Notes under the pieces: model-generated
What the model was told of the DNA's origin: nothing
The model's database searches: none
Seen by the model: the letters and a program-made list of their open reading frames with translations, nothing else
Source of the DNA: Candidatus Freyarchaeum deiterrae
GTDB lineage: Archaea > Asgardarchaeota > Jordiarchaeia > Jordiarchaeales > Jordiarchaeaceae
Reading direction: 5' to 3'
NCBI GenBank assembly: GCA_037305845.1
Contig: CP147778.1
Coordinates: forward strand, 1 to 64,000
Length of the DNA: 64,000 nucleotides
In this document: positions 41,300 through 49,670 of the stretch, piece by piece
How positions within the stretch are numbered: position 1 is the stretch's first letter
How the letters are laid out: each line of letters starts with the position of its first letter
Position numbers and translations under genes: made by a program

Positions 41300-41432
41300 T
41301 GGCCATGTTATATTTGAGAGTGGAGTTAGATACTCTCGTGTTCTTCCAAAGCTCACTGAACAGAATCTTACCACCTGCATGAGCCAAACATTCCAAAACA
41401 GACCTCCTACTCCTCCTTCTAAGAACGAGTCT
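41293..41432 (-). pseudogene. wHTH fragment homologous to the N-terminus of 48538-49239, cut off by a CRISPR repeat
   Basis: RRSVLECLAHAGGKILFSELWKNTRVSNSTLKYNM versus LRAVLGELALAGGETRFSELWKSTEIS(K)STLDYNL. Confidence 0.65.
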
Positions 41433-41478
41433 AAAGAGTATACAGAACGCTTTTTGAAGTGGTTGTGCAGTTCGTGAT

Positions 41479-41856
41479 ATGGAAGCTTATCTATATTTTT
41501 ATATGTCTTTGATATATCTTAATATTGGTGTTAGTATGGATGTTACGATAAATCAGATTATGGAAATTCTTTCTGAAGGACCGAAAACTCCTGACGAAAT
41601 TGCTAAAAGGTTAGGGGTTTCATGGGCTACTGCAAATGGTAAGCTTCACCGATTGGTCGGAAGTGGAAAGGCCGACTATATCAGAAAAGGTAGGGTAAAT
41701 GTTTTTTATCTCAAATCGCCTCAGAGCATTAGATTCAATGTACCTCCATGGGTTAACCCCAAAAGCCTTAGCGAATTGGCAGAAGAGCTTGAGGAGTATT
41801 TTGAGGAAGGGATAACCGCAGAAGAAGCTGTTAGAAGGGAGCGTAGAAAATATTGA
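41479..41856 (+). CDS. wHTH putative antitoxin
   Basis: LSEGPKT..EIAKRLGVSWATA HTH and acidic C-terminus; overlaps the PIN gene. Start probably 41536. Confidence 0.75.
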   Translation: MEAYLYFYMSLIYLNIGVSMDVTINQIMEILSEGPKTPDEIAKRLGVSWATANGKLHRLVGSGKADYIRKGRVNVFYLKSPQSIRFNVPPWVNPKSLSELAEELEEYFEEGITAEEAVRRERRKY

Positions 41857-42332
41857 AAATCGCGCTTGATACGGGAGTGCTTGTTGTCTCCATTAAGAGG
41901 ATAGGCGAGAAATATCATCAAGAAGCTGTTCAAATCGCAGACCGCATTAAAAATTTTAAAAGCAACTGCGTATCTTCCTCTCTCGTACTTATCGAACTTC
42001 CCGGTGCTCTGGCTTCCTCCACCACAATGCCAATTGAGAAAATATACACAGCAGAAGCCTCAATACAGGAAAACTTTAATCTAGTAATCCTGCCCTTCCA
42101 CCCATATGTTGACACGACTGTGAACCTGATACTTGAATTCCGCGAATTAAAGCGAAGACTAGGTATCGAAGCAGCGGACTTTCACCACTTAGCCACAGCT
42201 ATAGATGAAAGGTGCGAAGCCTTTGTAACGGTGGATGACCACCACCTACTAAAAGGAGAGACAAAAGAAGCCCTAAACAAATACATCAAAATACTAAACC
42301 CGAAGGAAGCCCTCGAAATTTTCAAACAATAA
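41853..42332 (+). CDS. vapC: PIN domain toxin
   Basis: LDTGVLV, LIEL, ADFHHLATA and FVT.D motifs. Confidence 0.85.
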   Translation: MKIALDTGVLVVSIKRIGEKYHQEAVQIADRIKNFKSNCVSSSLVLIELPGALASSTTMPIEKIYTAEASIQENFNLVILPFHPYVDTTVNLILEFRELKRRLGIEAADFHHLATAIDERCEAFVTVDDHHLLKGETKEALNKYIKILNPKEALEIFKQ

Positions 42333-42540
42333 TCCTTCCGTTCTCCCGAATCATAACCCAAAAATGTTTAAAGATTATTCAGCATGTTGAATTTTTACAC
42401 TTGAGATAGGGAGAAAACTGGATCACAGAGACAGAGCCAAAACAAGTTGACAGAGAGCGAGGATTTTCTGTCCAACACCGTTAAACACAGCAAAGCAACC
42501 ATCTTTATCCAAGAAGCGAATCTAAAGTTTTTATGGTAGG

Positions 42541-42763
42541 GAGGACATTCAAAGCTTATGCATGCCAAGAAGAGATTATGAACCAGTAAACTTTGACGGA
42601 GAAACGCTCACGCTCAAGGCTAAAAACGAAAACGCCCTTACCACCAGGTACGCTCTAGCCAATATACTAAGCAGACTGCTGTACAGCAAGGGAGTGCTCG
42701 TCCTGAAGTTCAAACCACTGAAAGGCCAGAACGAAACCCTAACCAACGAGATAGAGCTCCTCA
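42541..42763 (+). pseudogene. Truncated copy of the unknown gene at 46688-47086, fused to a CRISPR repeat
   Basis: FDGETLTLKAK..A.TTRYALANIL.RLLYSKGVLVLKFKPL.G.NETLTNEIE is shared; the sequence switches to repeat at GAGCTCCTCA. Confidence 0.75.
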
Positions 42764-42849
42764 GCAACGAGGATTGAAAGCCTAATACTTGGTTCAAGTT
42801 CTAATTGTTGTCTTGCAAAAGCGGGTCCTCAAATAACGAGGATTGAAAG
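42756..42849 (+). CRISPR. Degenerate repeat-spacer-repeat unit
   Basis: 3' half repeat GCTCCTCAGCAACGAGGATTGAAAG, a 31-nt spacer, then CTTGCAAAAGCGGGTCCTCAAATAACGAGGATTGAAAG. Confidence 0.8.
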
Positions 42850-42904
42850 TCAGCAACAATAAATACTTAACTACATAAAGGATGTGTGTAGAGAAGGGGG
42901 TAGA

Positions 42905-43327
42905 ATGAGCTATCACTCGAAAAAAACAAAGCAGTAGCGCAAAAGCCCACTGAGATTCTTCATGGAGGAGATATGGATAAACTCCATGAGCTTTTCTTCA
43001 CCGGATTTTGTTTCACATTTTTCGGGAATCTCTCCTATGAACCATGAGCAGTATATTGAGTTCAACAGAGCGGTTATGGCAGCGTTTCCCGATTTTAGGC
43101 AAACGGTTAAGGATATGATTGTTGAGAGAGATAAAGTTATGCTTTGCATGGTAGGTAGGGATACGCGTACAGGAAATTTTCAGGATATTCCGCCTACTGG
43201 GAAACGGTTTGAAATTACGGGGATGGCTATACGCCGAATAGTAGGTGGCAAAATCATTGAAGAGTGGGCGAATCCTGATCAACTAGGTTTGATGCAGCAA
43301 ATTGGAGCAATTCCGAAACGGCGATAG
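42905..43327 (+). pseudogene. SnoaL-like ester cyclase, 5' end frameshifted
   Basis: AFPD, E.DKV, PPTGK.F, GKI.EEW and D.LGLMQQIG motifs. The typical N-terminus SLEKNKAVA lies out of frame after ATG 42905. Confidence 0.65.
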
Positions 43328-43526
43328 AATATTTAGAGCTTGGTGTTGAAAGGTAGGGTGTTTATTTTTTATTTTTTTAATCTTTGAGGAAATAAGTGTG
43401 TATTCCGATTCGTCTGTTTTGGGGAGAAGTTTTTATACTTCTTTGTGTAACTTTTAGTATGTTTTTAGTGTCTGGCAGGCAAGCTGCGATTCGGGTTAGC
43501 TGTTTCGACTGTTTTAGGGTTTAGTA

Positions 43527-43955
43527 GTGTCGGCTTCTGTTTTTGGAGCAGTGGTCGTGTTGATGAATATTATTGATAGTGTCAAAGAGCGTTTGGAAAA
43601 GAATGATAATGTTGTCTTCGCCTATGTGTATGGATCCTACGCTAGGGGAAAAGCTACTAGGTTTAGCGACTTGGATATTGCTGTTTTTTTAAGGGACACT
43701 GGTCATGAGGGGTTTAGGGAGCTGCTAGCCGAGTTGCCTGTGGATGCGGATGTTGAGTTCGATGTTAGAGTGTTGAATGATGCTCCTCCGCTCTTCAGAT
43801 ACAATGTTGTCAGGGAGGGAAAACTGTTGTTCGTCAAGGATAAAGGGATTCACGAGACCTTTGTTTACGACACTCTTGTCTCGGCGCTAGAGTTGAGAGA
43901 GGCTCTAACCAGCATGAGGGAGGAGAGGTTGAGGAGGGTTCTTGATGCTCTTTGA
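43527..43955 (+). CDS. Minimal nucleotidyltransferase (MntA-like antitoxin)
   Basis: AYVYGSYARG...SDLDIAV and LNDAPP motifs. Start probably 43563. Confidence 0.9.
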   Translation: MSASVFGAVVVLMNIIDSVKERLEKNDNVVFAYVYGSYARGKATRFSDLDIAVFLRDTGHEGFRELLAELPVDADVEFDVRVLNDAPPLFRYNVVREGKLLFVKDKGIHETFVYDTLVSALELREALTSMREERLRRVLDAL

Positions 43956-44364
43956 AACTGTTGCCGACGCTGTTAAGGTCTTGGAAGAACTCAGGGAGAA
44001 GAGCCTAGAGGAGATAGCTGGAGACACCGTTTTGCTCGGAAGCGTTCTGTGGTATCTTTACGTGACTGTGCAGGGCTGCATAGACATAGCCCTCAAAACA
44101 ATCTCAAAGCTTACTCTCAGAGCACCTGAAAGTTACGGTGACGCGTTCAAAGTTCTCAGAGAAGGAGAACTGATATCGGAAGAGCTAGCCAAAAGCCTTA
44201 TCGCAATGGCCCGTTTTAGACACGTTTTAGCTCATGTATACACCAAGCTTGACTTGGATCTGATATACGATATGTTGCACCACGACATTGAAGAGGTCAA
44301 AGAATTCTTGAAGACTTTAGCCGCGAATCTCCGAGAAAGAAACATAGAGTTAAGCGAATTCTAA
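43942..44364 (+). CDS. HEPN/DUF86 RNase toxin (HepT-like)
   Basis: PESYGDAF and FRHVLAHVY (Rx4H) motifs; overlaps the MNT gene. Confidence 0.9.
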   Translation: MMLFETVADAVKVLEELREKSLEEIAGDTVLLGSVLWYLYVTVQGCIDIALKTISKLTLRAPESYGDAFKVLREGELISEELAKSLIAMARFRHVLAHVYTKLDLDLIYDMLHHDIEEVKEFLKTLAANLRERNIELSEF

Positions 44365-44456
44365 CCAGCCAAAACACAGCCGTATATCTTGATCTAAACT
44401 TATTACCGCGATCTAAAAACATAATTATTATGTTTGCGCTGTTTTCGATATCATTG

Positions 44457-44568
44457 TCTGCAAAAGAAGTTCCTAAGCAGCGAGGATTGAAAGTCCAGAA
44501 TCTCGGCTACGCTGCAACTGCGGATCGTTTACTTGTAAAAGAAGTTCCTCAGTAAAGAGAATTGCATC
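44457..44568 (+). CRISPR. Degenerate repeat-spacer-repeat unit
   Basis: TCTGCAAAAGAAGTTCCTAAGCAGCGAGGATTGAAAG, a 38-nt spacer, then CTTGTAAAAGAAGTTCCTCAGTAAAGAGAATTGCATC. Confidence 0.8.
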
Positions 44569-44674
44569 AGTATGGTTTACGCGTCCATCGTGCGGATACA
44601 TGAATTCTACCTGATAATATTTTTATGCAGATATGATGTTATTTACTCAGATGCGATTTTGGAGCGTGGTGTAA

Positions 44675-44911
44675 GTGCAGAAACTTGTTTTTACCGTGGT
44701 TGTTGAGAGGGATGAGGACGGCTACCTCGTAGCTTCAGTTCCAGAGTTGCCCGGTTGCCATACCCAAGCAAGAACCCTAGACGAATTAATGCTGAGAGCA
44801 AAAGAGGCCATAGAACTCTACATTGAGGTAGAAAGTAAAATAGTTGAGGAAATTAAAAAGAGAGAACTGGTTGGAATCCAGTTTGTCGTGGTTACTGAAA
44901 ATGAGCCTTAA
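44675..44911 (+). CDS. hicB: HicB family antitoxin
   Basis: VVERDEDG..VASVPELPGCHTQ..TLDE motif. Confidence 0.9.
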   Translation: MQKLVFTVVVERDEDGYLVASVPELPGCHTQARTLDELMLRAKEAIELYIEVESKIVEEIKKRELVGIQFVVVTENEP

Positions 44912-45128
44912 ACCCCTACCCGCCGAAAAGATAATCCGCGTCCTTAAAAAAGTGGGATTCGAAATCGTAAGGCAGAAGGGAAGCCATGTTATTCTCAAAA
45001 ACCCAGAAGGAAGAATCACTGTTGTCCCCCTCCACAAGGGTGAAGAAATAGGCAGAGGACTCCTACTTAAAATTATTAAAGACGCTGGCTTAAAAAAAGA
45101 AGAATTCCTAGACCTCATCAGAAAATAG
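44901..45128 (+). CDS. hicA: HicA family toxin
   Basis: L.K.GF..VRQKGSH and VVPLH..EI..GLL..I motifs; ATG at 44901 overlaps hicB. Confidence 0.9.
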   Translation: MSLKPLPAEKIIRVLKKVGFEIVRQKGSHVILKNPEGRITVVPLHKGEEIGRGLLLKIIKDAGLKKEEFLDLIRK

Positions 45129-45237
45129 CTACCACACTTCTACTAACAAAGAGAAGAAGCAAAAAAAGATAAAAATTTGGAAACTAAACAAAAGGGTGCA
45201 TAGAATTGATAATTGACCTCATCTTTTTCAAATAATT

Positions 45238-45387
45238 TTAATTCGGACTAATCGATTTAGTTTTCTTCATTGGTGTGGTTTTGGGACTTTCGATTTTATT
45301 AGTCAGGTCTGTTAATTTAATGCTACCTCTTTCAGCTAGTATTTTAAGTATATCCAAATTTAACCTGTCAAGGTCCATCGGGAGCAT
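45238..45387 (-). pseudogene. Short HTH-regulator remnant
   Basis: MLPMDLDRLNLDILKILAERGSIKLTDLTNKIESPKTT resembles the first helices of a wHTH, then stops. Confidence 0.4.
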
Positions 45388-45673
45388 GATATCTAAAGAG
45401 GTTCTATTATGACTAAGGGCAGAAAACTAGCGGAAGCGATATCACATCACACGATTATTATCTGAACGCATTTTTCTTTCACGAAAGGCAATACGGGATA
45501 TTCCAGCAATGCCTTTAAAAGAAGCAATAATAGGGCTTCTTTCTCCTAAGAAAAGGCCCCAAAAAATAGGCAAAAACCGAGCAATTCTGCACCGCCCAAT
45601 CAACTGCAAAAATCTTATTTAGGAACGCTGCCTTTATCTCTTTTTCAAAATAGAACCCGGAACCCCGTTGGAG

Positions 45674-46096
45674 CTATGGAATTGGTTTATATTTCTCCAG
45701 AAACTCTTCTGGTGTGAGTACTTCTATTTCGTTCTCTACCGTTCTGAAATCCCTCTTATTTCTCGTTACAAGCACTTCGTACGAGGGTTTCGCGGAGTAA
45801 AACTGTATTGAATCCTCAAAATCTCTCATTCTTTTTTCATCAAATGAGCGTGAAACTATTTCCTCGGAGAGCGGCACAATTTGGAATCCCTCTATGATCT
45901 TTTTCGCATCTTTCTTTGCTTCCTCTTCGCTGGAAATTCTGGCTCTTAAAAAATACAGAATCGGAGGAGTCAGGGCGGAAATGTAGCCTTCAGCCCTACC
46001 CGCCCTCACAAGCCGTACCATAGCAATAGAGGCCTTCCAACCATCTCTTCTCTCCAGTACATCAACAAAAATATTTACGTCCAAAAAAACCTTCAT
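45674..46096 (-). CDS. PIN domain toxin
   Basis: FLDVNIFVDV, DFEDSIQ and VTRNKRDF motifs. Confidence 0.85.
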   Translation of the reverse strand: MKVFLDVNIFVDVLERRDGWKASIAMVRLVRAGRAEGYISALTPPILYFLRARISSEEEAKKDAKKIIEGFQIVPLSEEIVSRSFDEKRMRDFEDSIQFYSAKPSYEVLVTRNKRDFRTVENEIEVLTPEEFLEKYKPIP

Positions 46097-46356
46097 TTAA
46101 TCAACCATTCCACGGCCTCTCTGATAACTTCCCGATCCTCCTCGAAGGGATTGTACGGAAGCTTACCCACAAGCTCAAGCAACTCGTCGTCAAAATCCAG
46201 CGAAGGAAACTCCTGCTTCAGCTCATTCCTAATTTCCTCAACCTTAGAATACACTGAAAATTGCCTCTCAATCCTTCTAAGTCTTTGCTCAACTCTAACA
46301 AGCTCTCTTCTAAGCTCTAGAATCTCATTCCTTATATTCTCCATCGGCGCTTCCAT
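46093..46356 (-). CDS. Putative antitoxin
   Basis: Small acidic coiled-coil protein overlapping the PIN start (ATGA). Confidence 0.65.
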   Translation of the reverse strand: MEAPMENIRNEILELRRELVRVEQRLRRIERQFSVYSKVEEIRNELKQEFPSLDFDDELLELVGKLPYNPFEEDREVIREAVEWLIK

Positions 46357-46687
46357 ACCCTTTAATTTGCATTTCCAACTTAAATATTTTTATACAACCG
46401 TTCCATCCCATACCCAAAAACCGCGAGAACAATTCACTTCAACCAAAAAACCCTCAATAACCTCCTAAAACCCACCCTACGATAATATTTCCTGAGAAAA
46501 TTTTTTAGAGAATCCTAGTAATAGTTTAGTAAAGAATTCTTTTGAGGTTAAAACAGATAAGCGGAAATTCTTAAGAAAAAACAACATTCACGGATTAATT
46601 GCAAAACAAGTCAAAACTTCCACTCAATTATTGTGAAGACAAAAATGTACCCGGTATCCCTCAACTAAGGACATGTAATAGAAGCGG

Positions 46688-47086
46688 TTGAATGATATGA
46701 CCAGAAAGCATTTTAAAAAAATGGAGGAAGCACAATTTTCTAGCACAACAACGCTGGACTCCCTTGAATCAGTGTTCCAGAGAGAGAAAAATTGGAAACC
46801 GGTGCAAGAGGATATTCAGAGTCTATGCATACCAAGCAGCGACTACGAAATCGAAAGCTTCGACGGAGAAACCCTCACACTAAAAGCTAAAACCGAACAA
46901 GCTATCACCACCAGGTACGCCCTAGCCAATATTCTCGGCAGACTGTTGTACAGCAAGGGAGTGCTTGTCCTGAAGTTCAAACCTCTGGAAGGACTAAACG
47001 AAACCCTAACCAACGAGATAGAGTTCCTCATAAAGTATCCCAGCGAAATCGCCTCCGGAAAAATAAAAATAATAAAAGGCTGGTAA
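46688..47086 (+). CDS. Hypothetical protein (possibly a 3' gene fragment), present in three copies in the island
   Basis: Homologous to 42541-42763 and 57296-57493; no recognisable family. Confidence 0.5.
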   Translation: MNDMTRKHFKKMEEAQFSSTTTLDSLESVFQREKNWKPVQEDIQSLCIPSSDYEIESFDGETLTLKAKTEQAITTRYALANILGRLLYSKGVLVLKFKPLEGLNETLTNEIEFLIKYPSEIASGKIKIIKGW

Positions 47087-47315
47087 ACGATCCCCCTTTA
47101 GAATTGAGAAGATGATTCTAAAATAGTGAAGAGGGGCTTTTTAGTAACGCTTTTCTTTTTCTACGTTCTTGCTAGGTGATACTCACCAATCTTAATTAAC
47201 AAGAAGCGTTTTTAGAAAATTAGACGCTAAGCATTCAATAGCGCAGCTTTTCTATTTTTTTATTGCCTAGGAAAACCCAATGAGTTTATACTTTCACTTA
47301 CCTATGTGGATCGGT

Positions 47316-47352
47316 GTTTCGATTCCTGTCGCCGAGGAACTGCTTTTGCAAT
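47316..47352 (-). CRISPR. Solo diverged CRISPR repeat in inverted orientation
   Basis: Reverse complement is ATTGCAAAAGCAGTTCCTCGGCGACAGGAATCGAAAC (37 nt), with a TTCCT/AGGAA hairpin. Confidence 0.75.
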
Positions 47353-47470
47353 TTGGAATCTGATTAACGGAACCCGAGTGAAAATTTCAAATTCTTTCCC
47401 ACAGTAGGTTACTTAAACATCAACAAAATCGGTACTGATTCAATTTTACGTATAGTTGTTTGTCTGTGAG

Positions 47471-47866
47471 CTATAGGTTTTCAGTATCCACATCTACGAG
47501 TTTGAGGCCTAATCCTTCAAGTCTCTTGAAATGTTTTTTGTTCAACGTCCAGAGTGGTGCAGCTTTTGAAATACAGATGGCTCCTGTCAGTAGGTCTCTT
47601 TCTTCTAAGAGTTCTCCTCTGCCGCTTAGCTCAGCCCAAATCTTGCTTGCTGTGCTTATACTCTCGTTACCTAGGGGTAGCACTTCGAATGCGTTCTCAA
47701 CAGTTCTTTTAGACTCTTCCGGGTTTACCCCTGCCCTAATTTCTCCTCTGACGTACTCGTACTCGGTTATTGCGGTTATGCAGGCATCGTAGACTTCAAC
47801 AAACTTTTCAAGTTTCCCGATTTTCTCCAAAGTAATTAAGGCATCCGTCTCAACCACAATCCTCAT
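47471..47866 (-). CDS. vapC: PIN domain toxin (VapC)
   Basis: VETDALI, ITEYEY..G, RDLLTGAI and WTLNKKHF motifs. Confidence 0.85.
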   Translation of the reverse strand: MRIVVETDALITLEKIGKLEKFVEVYDACITAITEYEYVRGEIRAGVNPEESKRTVENAFEVLPLGNESISTASKIWAELSGRGELLEERDLLTGAICISKAAPLWTLNKKHFKRLEGLGLKLVDVDTENL

Positions 47867-47888
47867 GGGGCACCCTCCAGTGGCTCTG

Positions 47889-48155
47889 CTAGAGTGTTTC
47901 TTCTTTTTCTGAATCTTTTAGCTTGAGGTTTTTTCTGAGGGTGCTGTGGGACTCTGAAACGTGGCTCTCAACAGTGTTAAATCTCTTCTGTAGGCTTCTC
48001 GCGGCCAACTTTCTTCGCAACCTTCTGTTTTCTTCCACAAGCTCGGCTAGAAACTTACTCCACTCTTTTCCTCCTCTTATCTTATCAAGATCTTCCTTAA
48101 CCTTAACTAAAACTGGGATTGTAGTGTATTTTCTGTCAGAACTCAAGCGGGTCAC
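47889..48155 (-). CDS. Putative VapB-type (RHH-like) antitoxin
   Basis: YTTIPV..VKE.L...G...WS.FL..L pattern, directly upstream of the PIN gene. Confidence 0.7.
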   Translation of the reverse strand: MTRLSSDRKYTTIPVLVKVKEDLDKIRGGKEWSKFLAELVEENRRLRRKLAARSLQKRFNTVESHVSESHSTLRKNLKLKDSEKEETL

Positions 48156-48375
48156 CGTCTAAAAATAAATTTCCATAATGATGTAATTATATTATAACTT
48201 AACAATATTATAAAATTTTGGATTGAATTTGATGTAGGACCTTTTACTTTAATACTTGGTTCCTTAACCATTTTTAGCTATCTGCGAGCATCCCACGTAA
48301 ACTTGTGCTGAACTTGAAGCGCCAAAGATTCGAAGACCAGATGTTCTCCGTGGGAAGCCTTCAAAGATCTATGAA

Positions 48376-48411
48376 CTTGCAAAAGAAGCCCCTCAGCAAC
48401 GAGATTGAAAG
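48376..48411 (+). CRISPR. Solo degenerate CRISPR repeat
   Basis: CTTGCAAAAGAAGCCCCTCAGCAACGAGATTGAAAG. Confidence 0.75.
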
Positions 48412-48537
48412 CTCTCAGAATTCAAACTCATTCCTTAGGATAGCATCATCCCGCATAAACAATTCTTTAGTGCCCGAAGATTCACCAATGGACATTAATT
48501 AACACAAATGGTAAAAATTGAAAGCAACTACTTACCC

Positions 48538-49239
48538 TTAGATATCTCCCATTAATTTTTTAAGCAGATCTTCTTTTGATACGATCCACGTGAGTTCCCT
48601 CTTCTTCTCGTACACGTAAACCAAGGGAACATGGTAGTTAACTGCTAATTTGTAGTAAGCTATGGTTGCAGGTTTGGTCGCAGAGGTACAATCCATTACT
48701 AAAACATAATTCCTTATCAGGTCAAAGAGATTCGCTTCGACTCTCGATTCTATGATTTCAACACTGCTTATCTCCTCATCCTCAAGCAAGCACCAACTAA
48801 CATTACTAGGAGCTACACCCTTCCATTCCGCAGCACATCCGTATGTCGTAACAACTGTAACACTACTGAACGAGAAGCCCGCCCCTGCAAGAAGGTTTAA
48901 AGCGGTTCCAGTTTCAGACTCACTCCTACCACCCCTCTCACCCAAAAGACCGAGATAAGCGTAAGAAATTCTAGGAGAATCAAAAACATAACACAAAGGA
49001 GTCTTATACTCCAACCTAATCAATCCCCCCCTCACGAGAAACAATACCTTTACCTGCAAGAACGGTCAAATTGTAATCTAGAGTAGACTTGATATTTCAG
49101 TGCTTTTCCAAAGCTCGCTGAAACGGGTCTCTCCACCAGCAAGTGCTAACTCTCCTAAAACCGCCCTCAAATTTTTTCTCTCAAGAGCAGATTTATAATC
49201 TGTATATCTTACAGCTTGTATCCCTCTAATTCTTTTAAT
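48538..49239 (-). pseudogene. wHTH-CARF regulator, frameshifted
   Basis: C-terminal VMDCTSATKPATIA...PLVYVYE is a CARF-type motif. The N-terminal wHTH is broken by a 1-nt deletion near 49090 and a 1-nt gain in a G7 run (49025-49031), with stop codons between them. Confidence 0.7.
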
Positions 49240-49670
49240 TTAAACCCTCCATAAATGTAAAACCTTTACTAAGTTCCAAAAAATGGATATTTTTTAAACT
49301 TTGTTCGAAACCGCTTAATATATTCTACCGTGCGGTTTCCTCTTAAACAAGACTAAATGTTTACGTGTGGAATTGGTTTCAATTTTTGGGGCTCTGAAAA
49401 CTCTAATTTCATCTCACAACTTCTTTAAAACATTTAACTTTATAAGGATGAAGAACAAATTAAGAATATATTTTCCAATGCGAAACGGGATTGTATCTCA
49501 AGAGTAGTATAACCCGCTTATACAAAATAAAAAGCCAAGAGGTCAAGGAAACAAAAGTTAGGCGGGTTTTTCAGGAATGAGCAAAATACTATTTCCTATT
49601 CGAATTCGGTTGTGGAGGAAAATAAGTTTAGTATGCTCATAGGAAACAAGCGAACACAAAAGAAAAGTGT

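Noticed and set aside
45600-46672. Further faint repeat-like words (ACTGCAAAAA 45603, ATTGCAAAAC 46598, CCCTCAACTAAGGA 46658)
   Set aside because: Too short to separate from background; none combines a hairpin with a 3' handle.
37300-49600. Integron, IS element or casposon as the source of the TA cluster
   Set aside because: No integrase, transposase or Cas1 ORF, attC-like sites or terminal inverted repeats were recognised in the window.
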